Sequence record: SRR20825010_1457 | Direction: 5' to 3' (one strand) | DNA: 45,186 nt | Shown here: piece after piece, positions 1 to 11,090 of the stretch | Position numbering within the stretch: position 1 is the first letter of the stretch | Layout of the letters: each line of letters opens with the position of its first letter | Made by a program: the position numbers and the translations under genes | The notes under the pieces: model-generated | What the model saw: the letters and a program-made list of their open reading frames with translations, nothing else | Told to the model about the DNA's origin: nothing | The model's database searches: none

Positions 1-239
1 AACACTATATGAAAATGAAAAAATTACTTTTTTATTATTACAATGTAAATGTACCTTATGGCCCTGCGTTGTAAAAAATATTGTTGTCAAGTGCATTGAT
101 TTTGAGGTGTCCACATTAAATTTTGATGTTTGACCCATAATTCCTCCTTCAAATCTAAAAATATACCGATATTTAATGTTTGAAATTCGTGTTCCTAAAT
201 TATAGGGAGCATGATTATGTAGAATGTAATTATAGACGT

Positions 240-2786
240 ATGCTTCAATCAGAGAGATTAGACGAATTTAAAAAATCGGTCCAGAACAAGTTCAATATTT
301 ATAATAGCTTGTTTCTTAATTTGCCGTACCAGAATATTGAAAATGTTGGGATGTTGATTCCTTTGTTACTGCATCAGGCAGAAACAGGATTGAAATCAGG
401 TAAAAATCCCCAAGAGATATTGGATGCTTTTTTTCAAAATTATGCAAATATTGATTCGGAAAGGGACAGGATAGATTTTATGTTCCGGATAATACAGTAT
501 GTGGAAAGACAGGTGGTGTTGTATGATAGTGTTGAAGATGCTGCTTTTCCGAAGCTTCAGAAGCACAGTAGTTCCCTGACCATTGGGGATTATTTTCAAT
601 TGGTAGACAAAAACAAAAGTTGGGACCAGATATCTGAAAAACTGTCGACCTTTAGTGCGCGTATCGTTTTAACGGCACACCCTACGCAGTTTTATACTCC
701 TGCAGTCTTGGATATCATAGGTAATTTACGGAGTCTTATTTTGGAAAACAAAATCAATGATATTGATCTGGTGCTTCAGCAATTGGGACTAACTTCCTTG
801 ATAAATGCCAAAAAGCCTACACCCTTGGATGAGGCAAAAAACATAATTTATATTCTAAGAAATGTATATTATGATGCCGTAGGGGAACTCTATGCTTACA
901 TCAAGGACAATATTGGTGACATGGATTTCAACAATCACAATATCATGAAATTGGGGTTTTGGCCCGGAGGGGATAGGGATGGGAATCCTTTTGTAACATC
1001 CAATATCACTAAAGATGTCGCCGATGAGTTGCGTATTACTTTAATGAAATGCTATTATCATGATATAAAAAAGTTACAGCAAAAACTGACCTTTAGGGAT
1101 CTTCAGGATATAATTTCCAATTTAAGGGGTCGTTTATACAATACCATGTTCGATACCAGCAAGGTTATGCGCTATGATGAAATTATTGAACCCCTTCTAG
1201 AAATAAGGTCGGTGCTAATTGAAAAATACCATAAGCTATACCTAAAGGATTTGGATTATCTTATAGATAAAGTGAAGATTTTTAAGACACATTTTGCCAC
1301 CTTGGATATTAGGCAGGACCATAGCGTTCATACCCAGGTTGTAGAAGCCATTCTTAAAACTAATGGATTAATTTTCGAGAATATCGGGGAATTGAATAAG
1401 CAGGAATTAATAGATATTTTAATCCATAAGGATATTGATCTTCAAGTGCAGAATTACGAAGAGGATATTGTTAAAGAAACAATACAAAATATTCTACAAT
1501 TAAGGGGGATTCAGGAGAAAAATGGCGAGGAGGGTTGTAATCGATATGTTATAAGTAATTCCGAGAGTGTTTTTTCGGTACTATTTGTATATGGGCTTTT
1601 TAGATGGTGCGGTTGGGAGTCGGATAAGATTACCTTCGATATTATTCCGTTGTTTGAAACCATGAAAGGCATGGAAAGTTCTGAAAATACAATGAATGAA
1701 TTGTTTGATCTTCCAGAGTATAAAAAACATTTGGCCCAACGCCATAATAAGCAGACTATAATGCTCGGGTTTTCCGATGGCACCAAGGATGGTGGATATG
1801 TGAAAGCAAATTGGGAAATTTTCAAAACAAAGGAAAAATTGTCTGCCGTTTGTGATAGGAACGATATAAAGGCCATATTTTTTGACGGGCGCGGTGGTCC
1901 ACCGGCCAGAGGAGGAGGAAAGACCCATAGATTTTATGCCGCTCAGACCAAGGACATTGCCAATAATGAAATTCAATTAACCATTCAGGGGCAGACCATT
2001 ACCAGTACCTATGGCACAAAGGAGCAGTTTATTCATAATTCTGAACAATTATTAACGGCTGGACTATCGAATAACTTTTTTGGCAAGGAAAATGTTATTT
2101 CCAAGGAATCAAGACAATTGTTGGAGGAGTTGTCCGATCTGAGTTTTGAGAAATACGATGCCTTAAAGAATCATGATAAGTTTATTGCTTATTTGGAAAA
2201 CAAGAGTACTTTGAAATACTACCAAAAAGCAAATATAGGGAGTAGGCCAGGTAAAAGAGGCCATAAGAAAAAACTTGAACTCACAGATTTGAGGGCCATT
2301 TCCTTTGTAGGTTCCTGGAGTCAGCTTAAACAGAATGTACCAGGTTATTTTGGAATCGGAACGGCTATTAAGATTTTAAAGGACCAAGGAAAATTGGAGG
2401 ATCTGAAAAAATTATTCAAAGAAGTTCCGTTATTTAAGGCATTGATGCTCAATAGTATGATGTCCTTGGCCAAATGTTATTTTGAACTTACCAGTTATAT
2501 GAAGGATGATGAGGAATACGGTGAATTTTGGAACATCCTGTATGAGGAGTATTTGCTTTCCAAAGAAATGCTGTTACTTATTTCTGAATCCAAGATTTTA
2601 ATGGAAAAAGAATCGGTTTCACGTGAATCGGTTAAAATTCGTGAAAATATAGTGTTGCCTCTATTGGTAATCCAACAATTTGCCCTTCAGCAAATGAGCA
2701 AGGAAACAGAATATAAAGAATTGTATGAGAAAATAGTTATTAGGTCTCTGTACGGTAACATTAACGCAAGTAGGAATTCCGCCTAA
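240..2786 (+). CDS. ppc: Phosphoenolpyruvate carboxylase
   Basis: Motifs LTAHPTQ, WPGGDRDGNP, MLGFSDGTKDGG, GRGGPPARGGG, LRAISFVGSWSQ, C-terminal RNSA. ATG at 240 (MLQSERL) preferred over the TTG at 180. Confidence 0.96.
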   Translation: MLQSERLDEFKKSVQNKFNIYNSLFLNLPYQNIENVGMLIPLLLHQAETGLKSGKNPQEILDAFFQNYANIDSERDRIDFMFRIIQYVERQVVLYDSVEDAAFPKLQKHSSSLTIGDYFQLVDKNKSWDQISEKLSTFSARIVLTAHPTQFYTPAVLDIIGNLRSLILENKINDIDLVLQQLGLTSLINAKKPTPLDEAKNIIYILRNVYYDAVGELYAYIKDNIGDMDFNNHNIMKLGFWPGGDRDGNPFVTSNITKDVADELRITLMKCYYHDIKKLQQKLTFRDLQDIISNLRGRLYNTMFDTSKVMRYDEIIEPLLEIRSVLIEKYHKLYLKDLDYLIDKVKIFKTHFATLDIRQDHSVHTQVVEAILKTNGLIFENIGELNKQELIDILIHKDIDLQVQNYEEDIVKETIQNILQLRGIQEKNGEEGCNRYVISNSESVFSVLFVYGLFRWCGWESDKITFDIIPLFETMKGMESSENTMNELFDLPEYKKHLAQRHNKQTIMLGFSDGTKDGGYVKANWEIFKTKEKLSAVCDRNDIKAIFFDGRGGPPARGGGKTHRFYAAQTKDIANNEIQLTIQGQTITSTYGTKEQFIHNSEQLLTAGLSNNFFGKENVISKESRQLLEELSDLSFEKYDALKNHDKFIAYLENKSTLKYYQKANIGSRPGKRGHKKKLELTDLRAISFVGSWSQLKQNVPGYFGIGTAIKILKDQGKLEDLKKLFKEVPLFKALMLNSMMSLAKCYFELTSYMKDDEEYGEFWNILYEEYLLSKEMLLLISESKILMEKESVSRESVKIRENIVLPLLVIQQFALQQMSKETEYKELYEKIVIRSLYGNINASRNSA

Positions 2787-2854
2787 GAGTAAATAATACA
2801 TCAAGGAATGCGCACGGGCCAAGGCTAAATAAGTGGGAAATTCCTAGATATAAT

Positions 2855-2884
2855 GCCTTTCCGTTGTTTCTTAAACGGAAAGGC
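2855..2884 (+). terminator. Stem-loop downstream of ppc
   Basis: GCCTTTCCGTT-N8-AACGGAAAGGC perfect 11-bp stem; no strong U-tract, so terminator role uncertain. Confidence 0.5.
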
Positions 2885-3095
2885 CATTCATACGTAACTT
2901 CTTATTGCTAGGCTATCCCATCATGTATTCCTGGTTCTTCTGCCTGCACAATTCCTAGGGAATTTATGTGATTGGGTTATGTTCCTAATTTTTATTGTTC
3001 TAGGGATGTCGATATTTTTGGATATAAATTCTTTTGTAAAATGGCAGGTATTCCTATTGTTGGCCAAAATCTCATGTAGCATGTAATTTGTTCGT

Positions 3096-3128
3096 TTTGC
3101 AATCGTTAAGGTACTAACGTTAACTTTG
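3096..3128 (+). promoter_or_regulatory. Candidate Bacteroidota primary-sigma promoter for the kinase gene
   Basis: TTTG (3096-3099), 21-nt spacer, TAACTTTG (3121-3128) matches -33 TTTG / -7 TAnnTTTG; second TATCTTTG at 3131-3138. Confidence 0.45.
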
Positions 3129-3367
3129 CTTATCTTTGACCATAATTGGTTAAGGCGGAATAATAGTATTTTGCCAATGCAATAGGGAATCTGTTACGAC
3201 TACAAGGTACTCCCCCCTCTCCTTTCAAGTAGTAATTTAATGTCGCTAAAAATGTACCCAACAAGGCTATGCATTGTTAGCTATAGTGTGGATTATAATA
3301 ATTCATTGGGTTTCTGCGCAATATATAAATTGAAATTCCATCTCTCTTGTAATGGTTAGGGAATTTT

Positions 3368-6300
3368 ATGTATTATTTTAAGGAATATTTTATGCCAAAA
3401 AACAACAGCACTGCACTAGAACAAACATTTAATGATCTATTAAAAAAGGAAAATGATTTTTTCAATTTTGCGGGAGAAAGTTTAATGGACGGCCTATGGT
3501 GCTGGAATTCGGTACATCCTGAAAGTGGATATATTAATGGTAAGTTTGCGCAATTGCTCGGTTATTCTCCGCACCCAAATACCTCCGTACAGATAGATTT
3601 TTTATCCTTGGTTCATACAGAGGATTTAGAGGGGATCCAAAGTGCTTTTCAAGGCCTATTATCCAATTCCCCTAATAATCCATTGAACATTGATGTGCGC
3701 ATAAGCCATACGGAGGGACATTATATTTGGCTCAACCTCAGGGGCAACTTGGTTGCTGACGGATCACAAGATTGCCAAGGGCTTATTGGTACAGCGCTAT
3801 GTATAGATAGGTACATGGAAAGTGAAAGGCAATTACAGATCAACAAGGATTATTACGAAAATGTAATCAAAGGCGCCAATATCGGGGTCTGGGAGGGTAA
3901 CCTTGTGACTGGGAAGGTTATTTGTAATGAAAGATGGGCAGATATGATCGGATATACCTTGGCCGAATTGGAACCTTTAACCTATGATGCCTTTTTAAAT
4001 CTGGTTCATCCAGAGGATGTTGAGAGGATAGATGTTTCCTTGGAAAATCATGTAAAAGAAAGTGGTATTTACGAGGTAGAATTTAGAATGCTTCATAAAA
4101 TGGGGCATTGGGTTTGGGTCTTAAGCCGTGGAGAGGTTACCAAATTCGGTACAGACGGTCTTCCAGAAATCGTATCGGGCATTCATTACGATATTACCGG
4201 TCGTAAAGCCAACGAAATATTGTTGAAAAAGTACAAGAATCTTTTTGAGCGTTCCAGTGAAGCAGCAAAAATTGGCTATTGGGAAGTTGATCAAGAGGAA
4301 GGAACTATATTTTGGAGTAAGGTTGCGAGGCAAATTCATGGGGTGTCGGAAGATTTTAGTCCAACACTGGAAAAAGGATTGGATTCTTATTTGGAAGGCG
4401 AGCATCGGGATCGTTTAAAGTGGATTGTGGATAATGCTCTTGTAGAACCCATGGAGTTTGATGAGCAGTTACAATTAAAAACTCAAAACGGACATTTAAA
4501 ATGGGTCAGGGTAATAGGTGCTTCCGAATACAGGGGAAATAAGTCTTTAAGGTTGTACGGGCTAATTCAGGATATTGATGAAATTAAAAAGGTACAGCTG
4601 GAAATTAAGTTTAGAGAGGAGCAATTTAGGCAAACCTTTAACCACTCTGCCATGGGAATGGCCTTAATTAACATTGAAAATAAACTATTAAAGGCAAATA
4701 AAAGTTTATGCCATATTTTGGGTTATACCGAGGAAGAGTTGCAGAAGATAGACCTTGCTGAAATGGCGCATCCCGAGGACTTAAAAGTGAACAGAAAGTA
4801 TATAGAAGAATTATTCCAAGGGAAGCATCAAAATATAAAACTAGAACATCGGTTTATCCATAAGAATGGTTCTGTTATTTGGGCCAACATATCAATGTCT
4901 GCTATTCATAACGACCTGGGGCAGGTAATACACTATGTTTCCCAGGTTCAAGATATAACGGAGCGTAAGCACAATGAATTGTTGCTGGCCCATAATGCCC
5001 AGGTAATGCAGCGCATCAACGATGCCGTAAGTATTGGGATTTGGGAGCTGGATTTGGGTACAAATACTGTTTATTGGAGTCCTACCATAAAAAAAATGGT
5101 AGAGGTGCCAGAGGATTATAAACCTACTTTAGAGGAGGTTTATCCTTTTTTCCAGGAAGGGGAGCATAGGGAAACCCTAATAGATGCCTTAGGACGGGCC
5201 GTTGACAAGGGGGAGGGATTTGATCTAGAACTAAAAGTGGTTACAACTACCCAAAGGATATTTTGGTCAAGAACCATAGGAATTCCGGAAATGGTGGATG
5301 GGGTCTGTACCAGATTATATGGTTTTTTTCAGGATATTGATGAAAAGACAAGGGCCACAAAGGATTTAGCGGTCAAGGAAGAGGAGATGAGGCAGACCTT
5401 TGAACATGCCGCCATAGGTATGATAGTCGTCGATTTGAATGGAAGATTGCGAAAGGCCAATCCAAAAATCTGTGAGATATTGGGTTATGGTGAAAAAGAA
5501 ATTCTTGAAAAAACGGTATTCGACTTTGTTCACCCAGAAGATGTGGAATCCGCTAAGGTAGAGTTTGAAGGGGCTATAGCTGTTCAGGGAGGGTTTAAAA
5601 CAGAGAAACGTTGTAGGCATAAGGACGGAAGCTATATTTGGATTTATGAGGCAGTAGCCTCAGTGAAGAATGATAGGGGAGAGCTCATGCATTTCGTGGC
5701 CCAAATCCAAGATATTTCTGACAAAAAACAAATGACCGAAAATCTAACCGAGCATAACAACCGACTCACCAATTTTGCGCATATCGTTTCGCATAACTTA
5801 AGATCGCATACCAGCAATATTTCCATGCTCTTGGATCTGGCAGTGCAAGATGATCCAAAAGTACTTGAAAATGAATACTACCGCAATGTTAAGGTGGTTT
5901 CGGATAATATGAACGAAACTATTCGCCAGTTAAGCGAGATTGTGGAGATCAATTCACAAGTGAGCTCCACCTTAACTTCTCAAAATTTATTAAAAAGAGT
6001 CCATAAGGCCATGAAGACTGTTGATCCAGTGGTCAAGAAAAACAAAGCTACTATTCTTGCCGAGGTGGATGCCAATATTAATGTACTGGCAGTACATGCC
6101 TATTTGGAGAGTATTATTCTAAATCTAATTACCAATGCTATAAAATATAGATCTCCAGAGCGACTTCCAGAATTGAAAATTACCAGTGGAACAAAAGGGG
6201 AATATGCCTTTTTGAGTTTTGAGGATAATGGACTTGGAATCGATTTGGACCGGCATGGTTCCAAGCTTTTTGGGATGTACAAAACATTTCATAGTCACCC

Positions 6301-6427
6301 TGAAGCACGTGGTATCGGACTTTTTATCAGTAAGAATCAGATAGAGGCCATGGGAGGTAAGATAGAGGTAGAAAGTGAGTTGAATAAGGGTACTAAGTTC
6401 ACCGCATATTTTCGAATTGCTTTGTAA
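3368..6427 (+). CDS. Cytoplasmic multi-PAS sensor histidine kinase
   Basis: About six PAS/PAC repeats (GVWE/GYWE/GIWE, VHPED); H-box FAHIVSHNLRSH, N-box NLITNAIKY, G1 DNGLG, G2 GIGL; no obvious TM helix. Start may be ATG 3392. Confidence 0.93.
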   Translation: MYYFKEYFMPKNNSTALEQTFNDLLKKENDFFNFAGESLMDGLWCWNSVHPESGYINGKFAQLLGYSPHPNTSVQIDFLSLVHTEDLEGIQSAFQGLLSNSPNNPLNIDVRISHTEGHYIWLNLRGNLVADGSQDCQGLIGTALCIDRYMESERQLQINKDYYENVIKGANIGVWEGNLVTGKVICNERWADMIGYTLAELEPLTYDAFLNLVHPEDVERIDVSLENHVKESGIYEVEFRMLHKMGHWVWVLSRGEVTKFGTDGLPEIVSGIHYDITGRKANEILLKKYKNLFERSSEAAKIGYWEVDQEEGTIFWSKVARQIHGVSEDFSPTLEKGLDSYLEGEHRDRLKWIVDNALVEPMEFDEQLQLKTQNGHLKWVRVIGASEYRGNKSLRLYGLIQDIDEIKKVQLEIKFREEQFRQTFNHSAMGMALINIENKLLKANKSLCHILGYTEEELQKIDLAEMAHPEDLKVNRKYIEELFQGKHQNIKLEHRFIHKNGSVIWANISMSAIHNDLGQVIHYVSQVQDITERKHNELLLAHNAQVMQRINDAVSIGIWELDLGTNTVYWSPTIKKMVEVPEDYKPTLEEVYPFFQEGEHRETLIDALGRAVDKGEGFDLELKVVTTTQRIFWSRTIGIPEMVDGVCTRLYGFFQDIDEKTRATKDLAVKEEEMRQTFEHAAIGMIVVDLNGRLRKANPKICEILGYGEKEILEKTVFDFVHPEDVESAKVEFEGAIAVQGGFKTEKRCRHKDGSYIWIYEAVASVKNDRGELMHFVAQIQDISDKKQMTENLTEHNNRLTNFAHIVSHNLRSHTSNISMLLDLAVQDDPKVLENEYYRNVKVVSDNMNETIRQLSEIVEINSQVSSTLTSQNLLKRVHKAMKTVDPVVKKNKATILAEVDANINVLAVHAYLESIILNLITNAIKYRSPERLPELKITSGTKGEYAFLSFEDNGLGIDLDRHGSKLFGMYKTFHSHPEARGIGLFISKNQIEAMGGKIEVESELNKGTKFTAYFRIAL

Positions 6428-6622
6428 AATATAACCAATTTCAATATTTGCGGATAGTGATGGTAATGAGGCATAAAAGCTGTTTTGTAAACTTTATAAC
6501 AATTTGTTAATAAACATTAGAGGTCCTATTTGGCGAAAATAAATTATATTAGTAACGAACAAATTCTATAGGATAACAAGAAATGCATTTTTTAAATGCA
6601 TTAGTAAACAATATTTACAAGA

Positions 6623-7018
6623 ATGACGATTAATACCATATGCATAATTGATGATGATCCTATATTTGTTTTTGGCTCCAAGATTCTTTTAAGGAACAAC
6701 AGTTTCGCTTCGGATTATCTGGTCTGTCAAAATGGGAAAGAAGCTTTGGATGTAATAACTCCTTTAATAGAATCTGAAGAGAGCTTGCCGGAGGTTATTT
6801 TTTTGGACTTGAACATGCCCATTATGGATGGGTGGGAGTTCTTGGACGAGTTTGGTAAATTATCCGAGGAAAATAATATTAGGATATATATTTTAAGTTC
6901 TTCTGTAGATTCTAGGGATATAGCGCGCGCCAAGAATTATGGTATGGTCAATGGTTTTATAGCCAAGCCACTGACAGATGCCAAAATTAAGGAATTGGCT
7001 CAGGAAATTGCAGGGTAA
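6623..7018 (+). CDS. Single-domain response regulator (CheY-like receiver)
   Basis: IIDDD, FLDLNMP (phospho-Asp), SSS, AKPL; follows the kinase. Confidence 0.94.
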   Translation: MTINTICIIDDDPIFVFGSKILLRNNSFASDYLVCQNGKEALDVITPLIESEESLPEVIFLDLNMPIMDGWEFLDEFGKLSEENNIRIYILSSSVDSRDIARAKNYGMVNGFIAKPLTDAKIKELAQEIAG

Positions 7019-7253
7019 CGATTCTTATTGACTTCTAGTTTTGCTGCACTATAACGGCATGGCTCATTTTGCGTGGTCTTAACTTTTGGCCTGTTCCTGT
7101 TGTCGTTAATGCTGGAATATCCTCCAAATACATAAAGTACTGTTATGTTGGTCTGTTTTTTGCCAAATAAATATTAATCCATTAGTATTTTAAATACCTC
7201 TGTATTAATTTAGTGGCCTTGTCAAAATTTCAGAATACAAACCATCAATATTA

Positions 7254-9494
7254 ATGAGATTATCATTTTCTTTTTTCTTTTCTCTTTCGCTTATCGTTTT
7301 TTCATGTAAACCGTCTTTCAATGAACCCCAGATTTCACTGGAGGATTATAAGGTAGAAGAAGGTTTTGAATTGGAGATGGTGGCCTCCGAACCCCTTTTG
7401 ACGGCTCCGGTAGCTATAGATTTCGATACTAAAGGACGCATATGGGTCGCTGAAATGGCGGGATTTATGGTTAATTTGGAAGGTGATGATGAGGATTTGC
7501 CCAGCGGGTCCATTAAAATTCTGGAAGATATTGATAATGATGGTATTATGGACCATTCCAAGACATTTTTGGATAGTTTGGTAATGCCAAGGGCTTTAGC
7601 GCTCGTTTATGGCGGGTTGCTTTACGCAGAATCCCCTAATCTCTATTTTGTCGAGATTAAGGATGATAAACCGGTAAATAGGGTGTTGGTAGATTCTCTT
7701 TATGCTACTGTGGGCAACCCTGAACATCAACCCAATGGCTTAATGATGAATTTGGATAATTGGATCTATAATGCCAAATCCAATTTCAGATACCAACGTA
7801 AAGACGGAGTGTGGAAAAAGGAACCTACAACCAACAGAGGGCAGTGGGGTATTTCCCATGATAATTTTGGAAGGCTTTATTACAACAATAATTCTACCCA
7901 ACTTTTGGGCGATCATATACTTCCCAATAGATTGGTCCGCAATAAATATTTTATTCCCAGAAAAGGGGTCGATGAAACCTTGACCAAGGATAATCGGGTT
8001 TATCCCTTGCATGCGGCATCTGTGAATCGAGGATATGAAGAGGGGGTTTTAAACCAGGACAGTCTCTTGGTCAATGTTACGGCGGCCTGTGGGCCATTGG
8101 TCTACAGGGGAGGAATGTTCCCGGCCGATTATGATCAAAATGTCTTTGTTTGTGTTCCTGAGGCCAATCTGATAAAAAGAAATATCCTATCCTTTTATGG
8201 AGATCGTGTTGAGGCCAAACAAGCCTGGCAGGGAAAAGAATTTTTGGCATCCACGGATGAAGGTTTCCGGCCTGTGAATTTGTCCAACGGGCCCGATGGT
8301 AATATGTATGTGGTAGATATGCACAGAGGTGTAATTCAACATTATGCATTTTTGAGCCCTTATTTAAAGAAGATATCGGCAGAGAAGAAATTGGATACTA
8401 TTCTAGATTATGGAAGGATATTACGGGTTCGGTCTAAGGACAAGCTGGCAAGGGAAATTCCTGACCTGGAGACTTTACCTGCACCCCGATTGTTGGATTT
8501 TTTGAAGGATTCCAATGGTTGGATACGGGATAGGGCCCAACAATATCTAATCCATAAAAATGATAAAGGCGTTTTGCCCGGACTCAAAGAAATGGCTTTG
8601 GACAACAAAAGCCCTTTGGCACAATTACACGCGCTTTATGTCTTAAAAGGCCTTAATGTACTATCTTTCGACTTCCTGCAGCAATTGGCCATAAGTGGTG
8701 GTCCCGAAGCTACAGCGCATGCTTTGGTCCTAATGGAGGATTATGCCTTTGAAAAAAATGTTCCCAAAGCAAAAGATCTTTTTGCCGAACTGTTGAACAG
8801 GAATGAACCCATGTTGGATCTATATCTGTCCACAACGTTGGGCATCTGGGCCAAATATGATCAAGAAGTGTTTTTTTCTTTTATTTATGATCTGTCCGCT
8901 AAATATAAAGATAATGTTATAGTTCAAGAAGCTATACTCAGTGGTTCCGAAGGAGTTATGTCGGCTTTGAAGTTAAAGTTGGAGGAGAAGGACAATTTGA
9001 AGAATACGGACCTTGATGTATTGGCGGCGGCAAGTTTGGAAAGGCAAGAAAATAATAGACCTAATTATATTTATTCAACCCAGATTGCAAGGGCAGATTC
9101 TAGAACCAATGGAGCCATACTTTTTCGACAAATATGTGCCTCCTGCCATTCCAGTAGTGGTGAAGGTATCCGTGGATTGGCACCGCCATTGGTTGGGTCC
9201 GAGTATATTTCCAACCATTTGGAACAATTAGGGCTTATTATTCTTCACGGATTAAAGGGGCCATTGCTCATCAATGGGGAGGTATATGATAACAACCATC
9301 AAATGCCAGGCCTGAAGTACAATAAAAGTCTTTCGGATAAGGATATTTCGGATATAATATCCTATGTGACCAATGCATTTTCGGTTAACCCAAAAGGATT
9401 GAAGCCGGAAAAAATAAAGGAATTAAGGGGTGTTTCCTCTAAAGATGGTATGGAATATACCGAAAAGGAATTGTTCGAACAGATTGGAAAATAA
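7254..9494 (+). CDS. Lipoprotein, PVC-type/membrane-bound dehydrogenase-like beta-propeller with C-terminal cytochrome c domain
   Basis: Lipobox VFSC; GFELEMVASEP...PVAIDFD..GRIWV, FRPVNLSNGPDG.MYVVDMHRG; HEAT-like middle; haem motif CASCH with distal MP. Confidence 0.8.
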   Translation: MRLSFSFFFSLSLIVFSCKPSFNEPQISLEDYKVEEGFELEMVASEPLLTAPVAIDFDTKGRIWVAEMAGFMVNLEGDDEDLPSGSIKILEDIDNDGIMDHSKTFLDSLVMPRALALVYGGLLYAESPNLYFVEIKDDKPVNRVLVDSLYATVGNPEHQPNGLMMNLDNWIYNAKSNFRYQRKDGVWKKEPTTNRGQWGISHDNFGRLYYNNNSTQLLGDHILPNRLVRNKYFIPRKGVDETLTKDNRVYPLHAASVNRGYEEGVLNQDSLLVNVTAACGPLVYRGGMFPADYDQNVFVCVPEANLIKRNILSFYGDRVEAKQAWQGKEFLASTDEGFRPVNLSNGPDGNMYVVDMHRGVIQHYAFLSPYLKKISAEKKLDTILDYGRILRVRSKDKLAREIPDLETLPAPRLLDFLKDSNGWIRDRAQQYLIHKNDKGVLPGLKEMALDNKSPLAQLHALYVLKGLNVLSFDFLQQLAISGGPEATAHALVLMEDYAFEKNVPKAKDLFAELLNRNEPMLDLYLSTTLGIWAKYDQEVFFSFIYDLSAKYKDNVIVQEAILSGSEGVMSALKLKLEEKDNLKNTDLDVLAAASLERQENNRPNYIYSTQIARADSRTNGAILFRQICASCHSSSGEGIRGLAPPLVGSEYISNHLEQLGLIILHGLKGPLLINGEVYDNNHQMPGLKYNKSLSDKDISDIISYVTNAFSVNPKGLKPEKIKELRGVSSKDGMEYTEKELFEQIGK

Positions 9495-9571
9495 CCTAAG
9501 GGATTTTATCTGTTTTCTTGAGCAATGAAAGTTTAGGATAAAATAAAATTAAAATTAAATTCGGTAGTAAG

Positions 9572-10981
9572 ATGAAGACTTTTATTAATGATGATTTTCT
9601 ATTGCAGAGCGACTTTGCCAAAACCTTGTATCACAATTATGCAAAGGAATTGCCCATAATTGATTATCACAATCACTTGCCGCCCCAAGAGATTGATGGG
9701 AACCGGGTTTTTGAAAACATAAGTCAAGCTTGGTTGGCAGGGGATCATTATAAATGGAGGGCCATGCGGGCTTTTGGGATAGATGAACATTATATAACCG
9801 GCAATGCCACGGACAAAGAGAAGTTCCTTAAATGGGCCCACACGGTACCCTATACAGTAAGAAACCCTTTATATCATTGGACGCATTTGGAGCTGCAGCG
9901 TTATTTTGGGGTACAGGAGTTGTTGGGGCCTGGGAATGCCGAGGAAATATATGATCGTACTTCGGCAATGCTACAGCAAAGTTCCCACAATACCGTGGGA
10001 TTATTGCAACAGCAAAAAGTAGAATCCCTGTGTACTACAGATGAATCTATAGATTCCCTTCAATTTCATAAAAACATTAAGCAAAAAGGGATTTCACCAA
10101 AAGTTTTTCCAACCTTCCGCCCAGATAAGACCTTTGCCATAGAACAGGGAGGGACCTATGTTGCCTATTTGCAGAAATTGGGAGCGGCGTCCAACATAAA
10201 TATAGAGTCCTATAACGACTTATTGGCCGCCTTGGAAAATCGGATAAACTATTTTCATGAACAGGGTGGTAGGCTTGCGGATCATGGATTGGAACAACTC
10301 TATTATTTTAAGGAAGGAACCTATAATGCCGAAAGTTTGTTTAAAAAAGCTTTGGATGGTAAAACTCTTGTTGTGGAAGAAGTCCAATATTTCAAGGCAC
10401 AGGTGTTGCTATTTTTAGGAAGATGCTATCACAAAAAAGGTTGGGTGCAGCAATTCCATATTGGGGCTATCCGTGATAATAACAAAAGGCTATTGTCCAA
10501 ATTGGGCCCGGATACCGGTTTCGATTCTATAGGCGATTTTTCACAGGCTCGTGCATTGAGCGGTTTCTTAAACGAACTGGACGGGACGGATCAATTGGCA
10601 AAAACCATAATCTATAACCTTAATCCTGCCGATAATGAAGTAATAGCTTCTATGGTAGGTAATTTTAATGACGGAACCGTTAAGGGAAAGGTGCAGTTCG
10701 GTTCAGGTTGGTGGTTTCTAGATCAGAAAGACGGAATGGAAAAACAAATGAATGCCCTATCCAATATGGGCCTTTTAAGCTGTTTTGTGGGAATGCTGAC
10801 CGATTCCAGGAGCTTTTTATCCTTTCCAAGACACGAATATTTTAGAAGGATCTTATGCAATCTAATTGGCAATGATGTTGTAAATGGCGAGTTGCCGACA
10901 GATGAAAAGTTATTGGGTAAAATTGTGTCCGATATATCCTATTACAACGCCAAGAACTACTTCGATTTTAATAAGCCGTAA
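9572..10981 (+). CDS. uxaC: Uronate (glucuronate) isomerase
   Basis: PIIDYHNHL, GDHYKWRAMR, NPLYHWTHLEL, GPDTGFDS, GSGWWFLD, GMLTDSRSFLSFPRHEYFRR. Confidence 0.97.
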   Translation: MKTFINDDFLLQSDFAKTLYHNYAKELPIIDYHNHLPPQEIDGNRVFENISQAWLAGDHYKWRAMRAFGIDEHYITGNATDKEKFLKWAHTVPYTVRNPLYHWTHLELQRYFGVQELLGPGNAEEIYDRTSAMLQQSSHNTVGLLQQQKVESLCTTDESIDSLQFHKNIKQKGISPKVFPTFRPDKTFAIEQGGTYVAYLQKLGAASNINIESYNDLLAALENRINYFHEQGGRLADHGLEQLYYFKEGTYNAESLFKKALDGKTLVVEEVQYFKAQVLLFLGRCYHKKGWVQQFHIGAIRDNNKRLLSKLGPDTGFDSIGDFSQARALSGFLNELDGTDQLAKTIIYNLNPADNEVIASMVGNFNDGTVKGKVQFGSGWWFLDQKDGMEKQMNALSNMGLLSCFVGMLTDSRSFLSFPRHEYFRRILCNLIGNDVVNGELPTDEKLLGKIVSDISYYNAKNYFDFNKP

Positions 10982-10985
10982 GCAA

Positions 10986-11090
10986 TAGATGTTAGATGCT
11001 AGATATTAGAATTGAGATGCTAGATGCTGGATTCTAGAAGTTAGATATTAGATTCTTGACGTTAGACTTTAGATACTAGAATTTAGCATT
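10986..11090. repeat. Degenerate 7-bp tandem repeat (consensus TAGATNY), 15 units
   Basis: TAGATGT TAGATGC TAGATAT TAGAATT GAGATGC TAGATGC TGGATTC TAGAAGT TAGATAT TAGATTC TTGACGT TAGACTT TAGATAC TAGAATT TAGCATT, in register with no indels. Confidence 0.92.
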
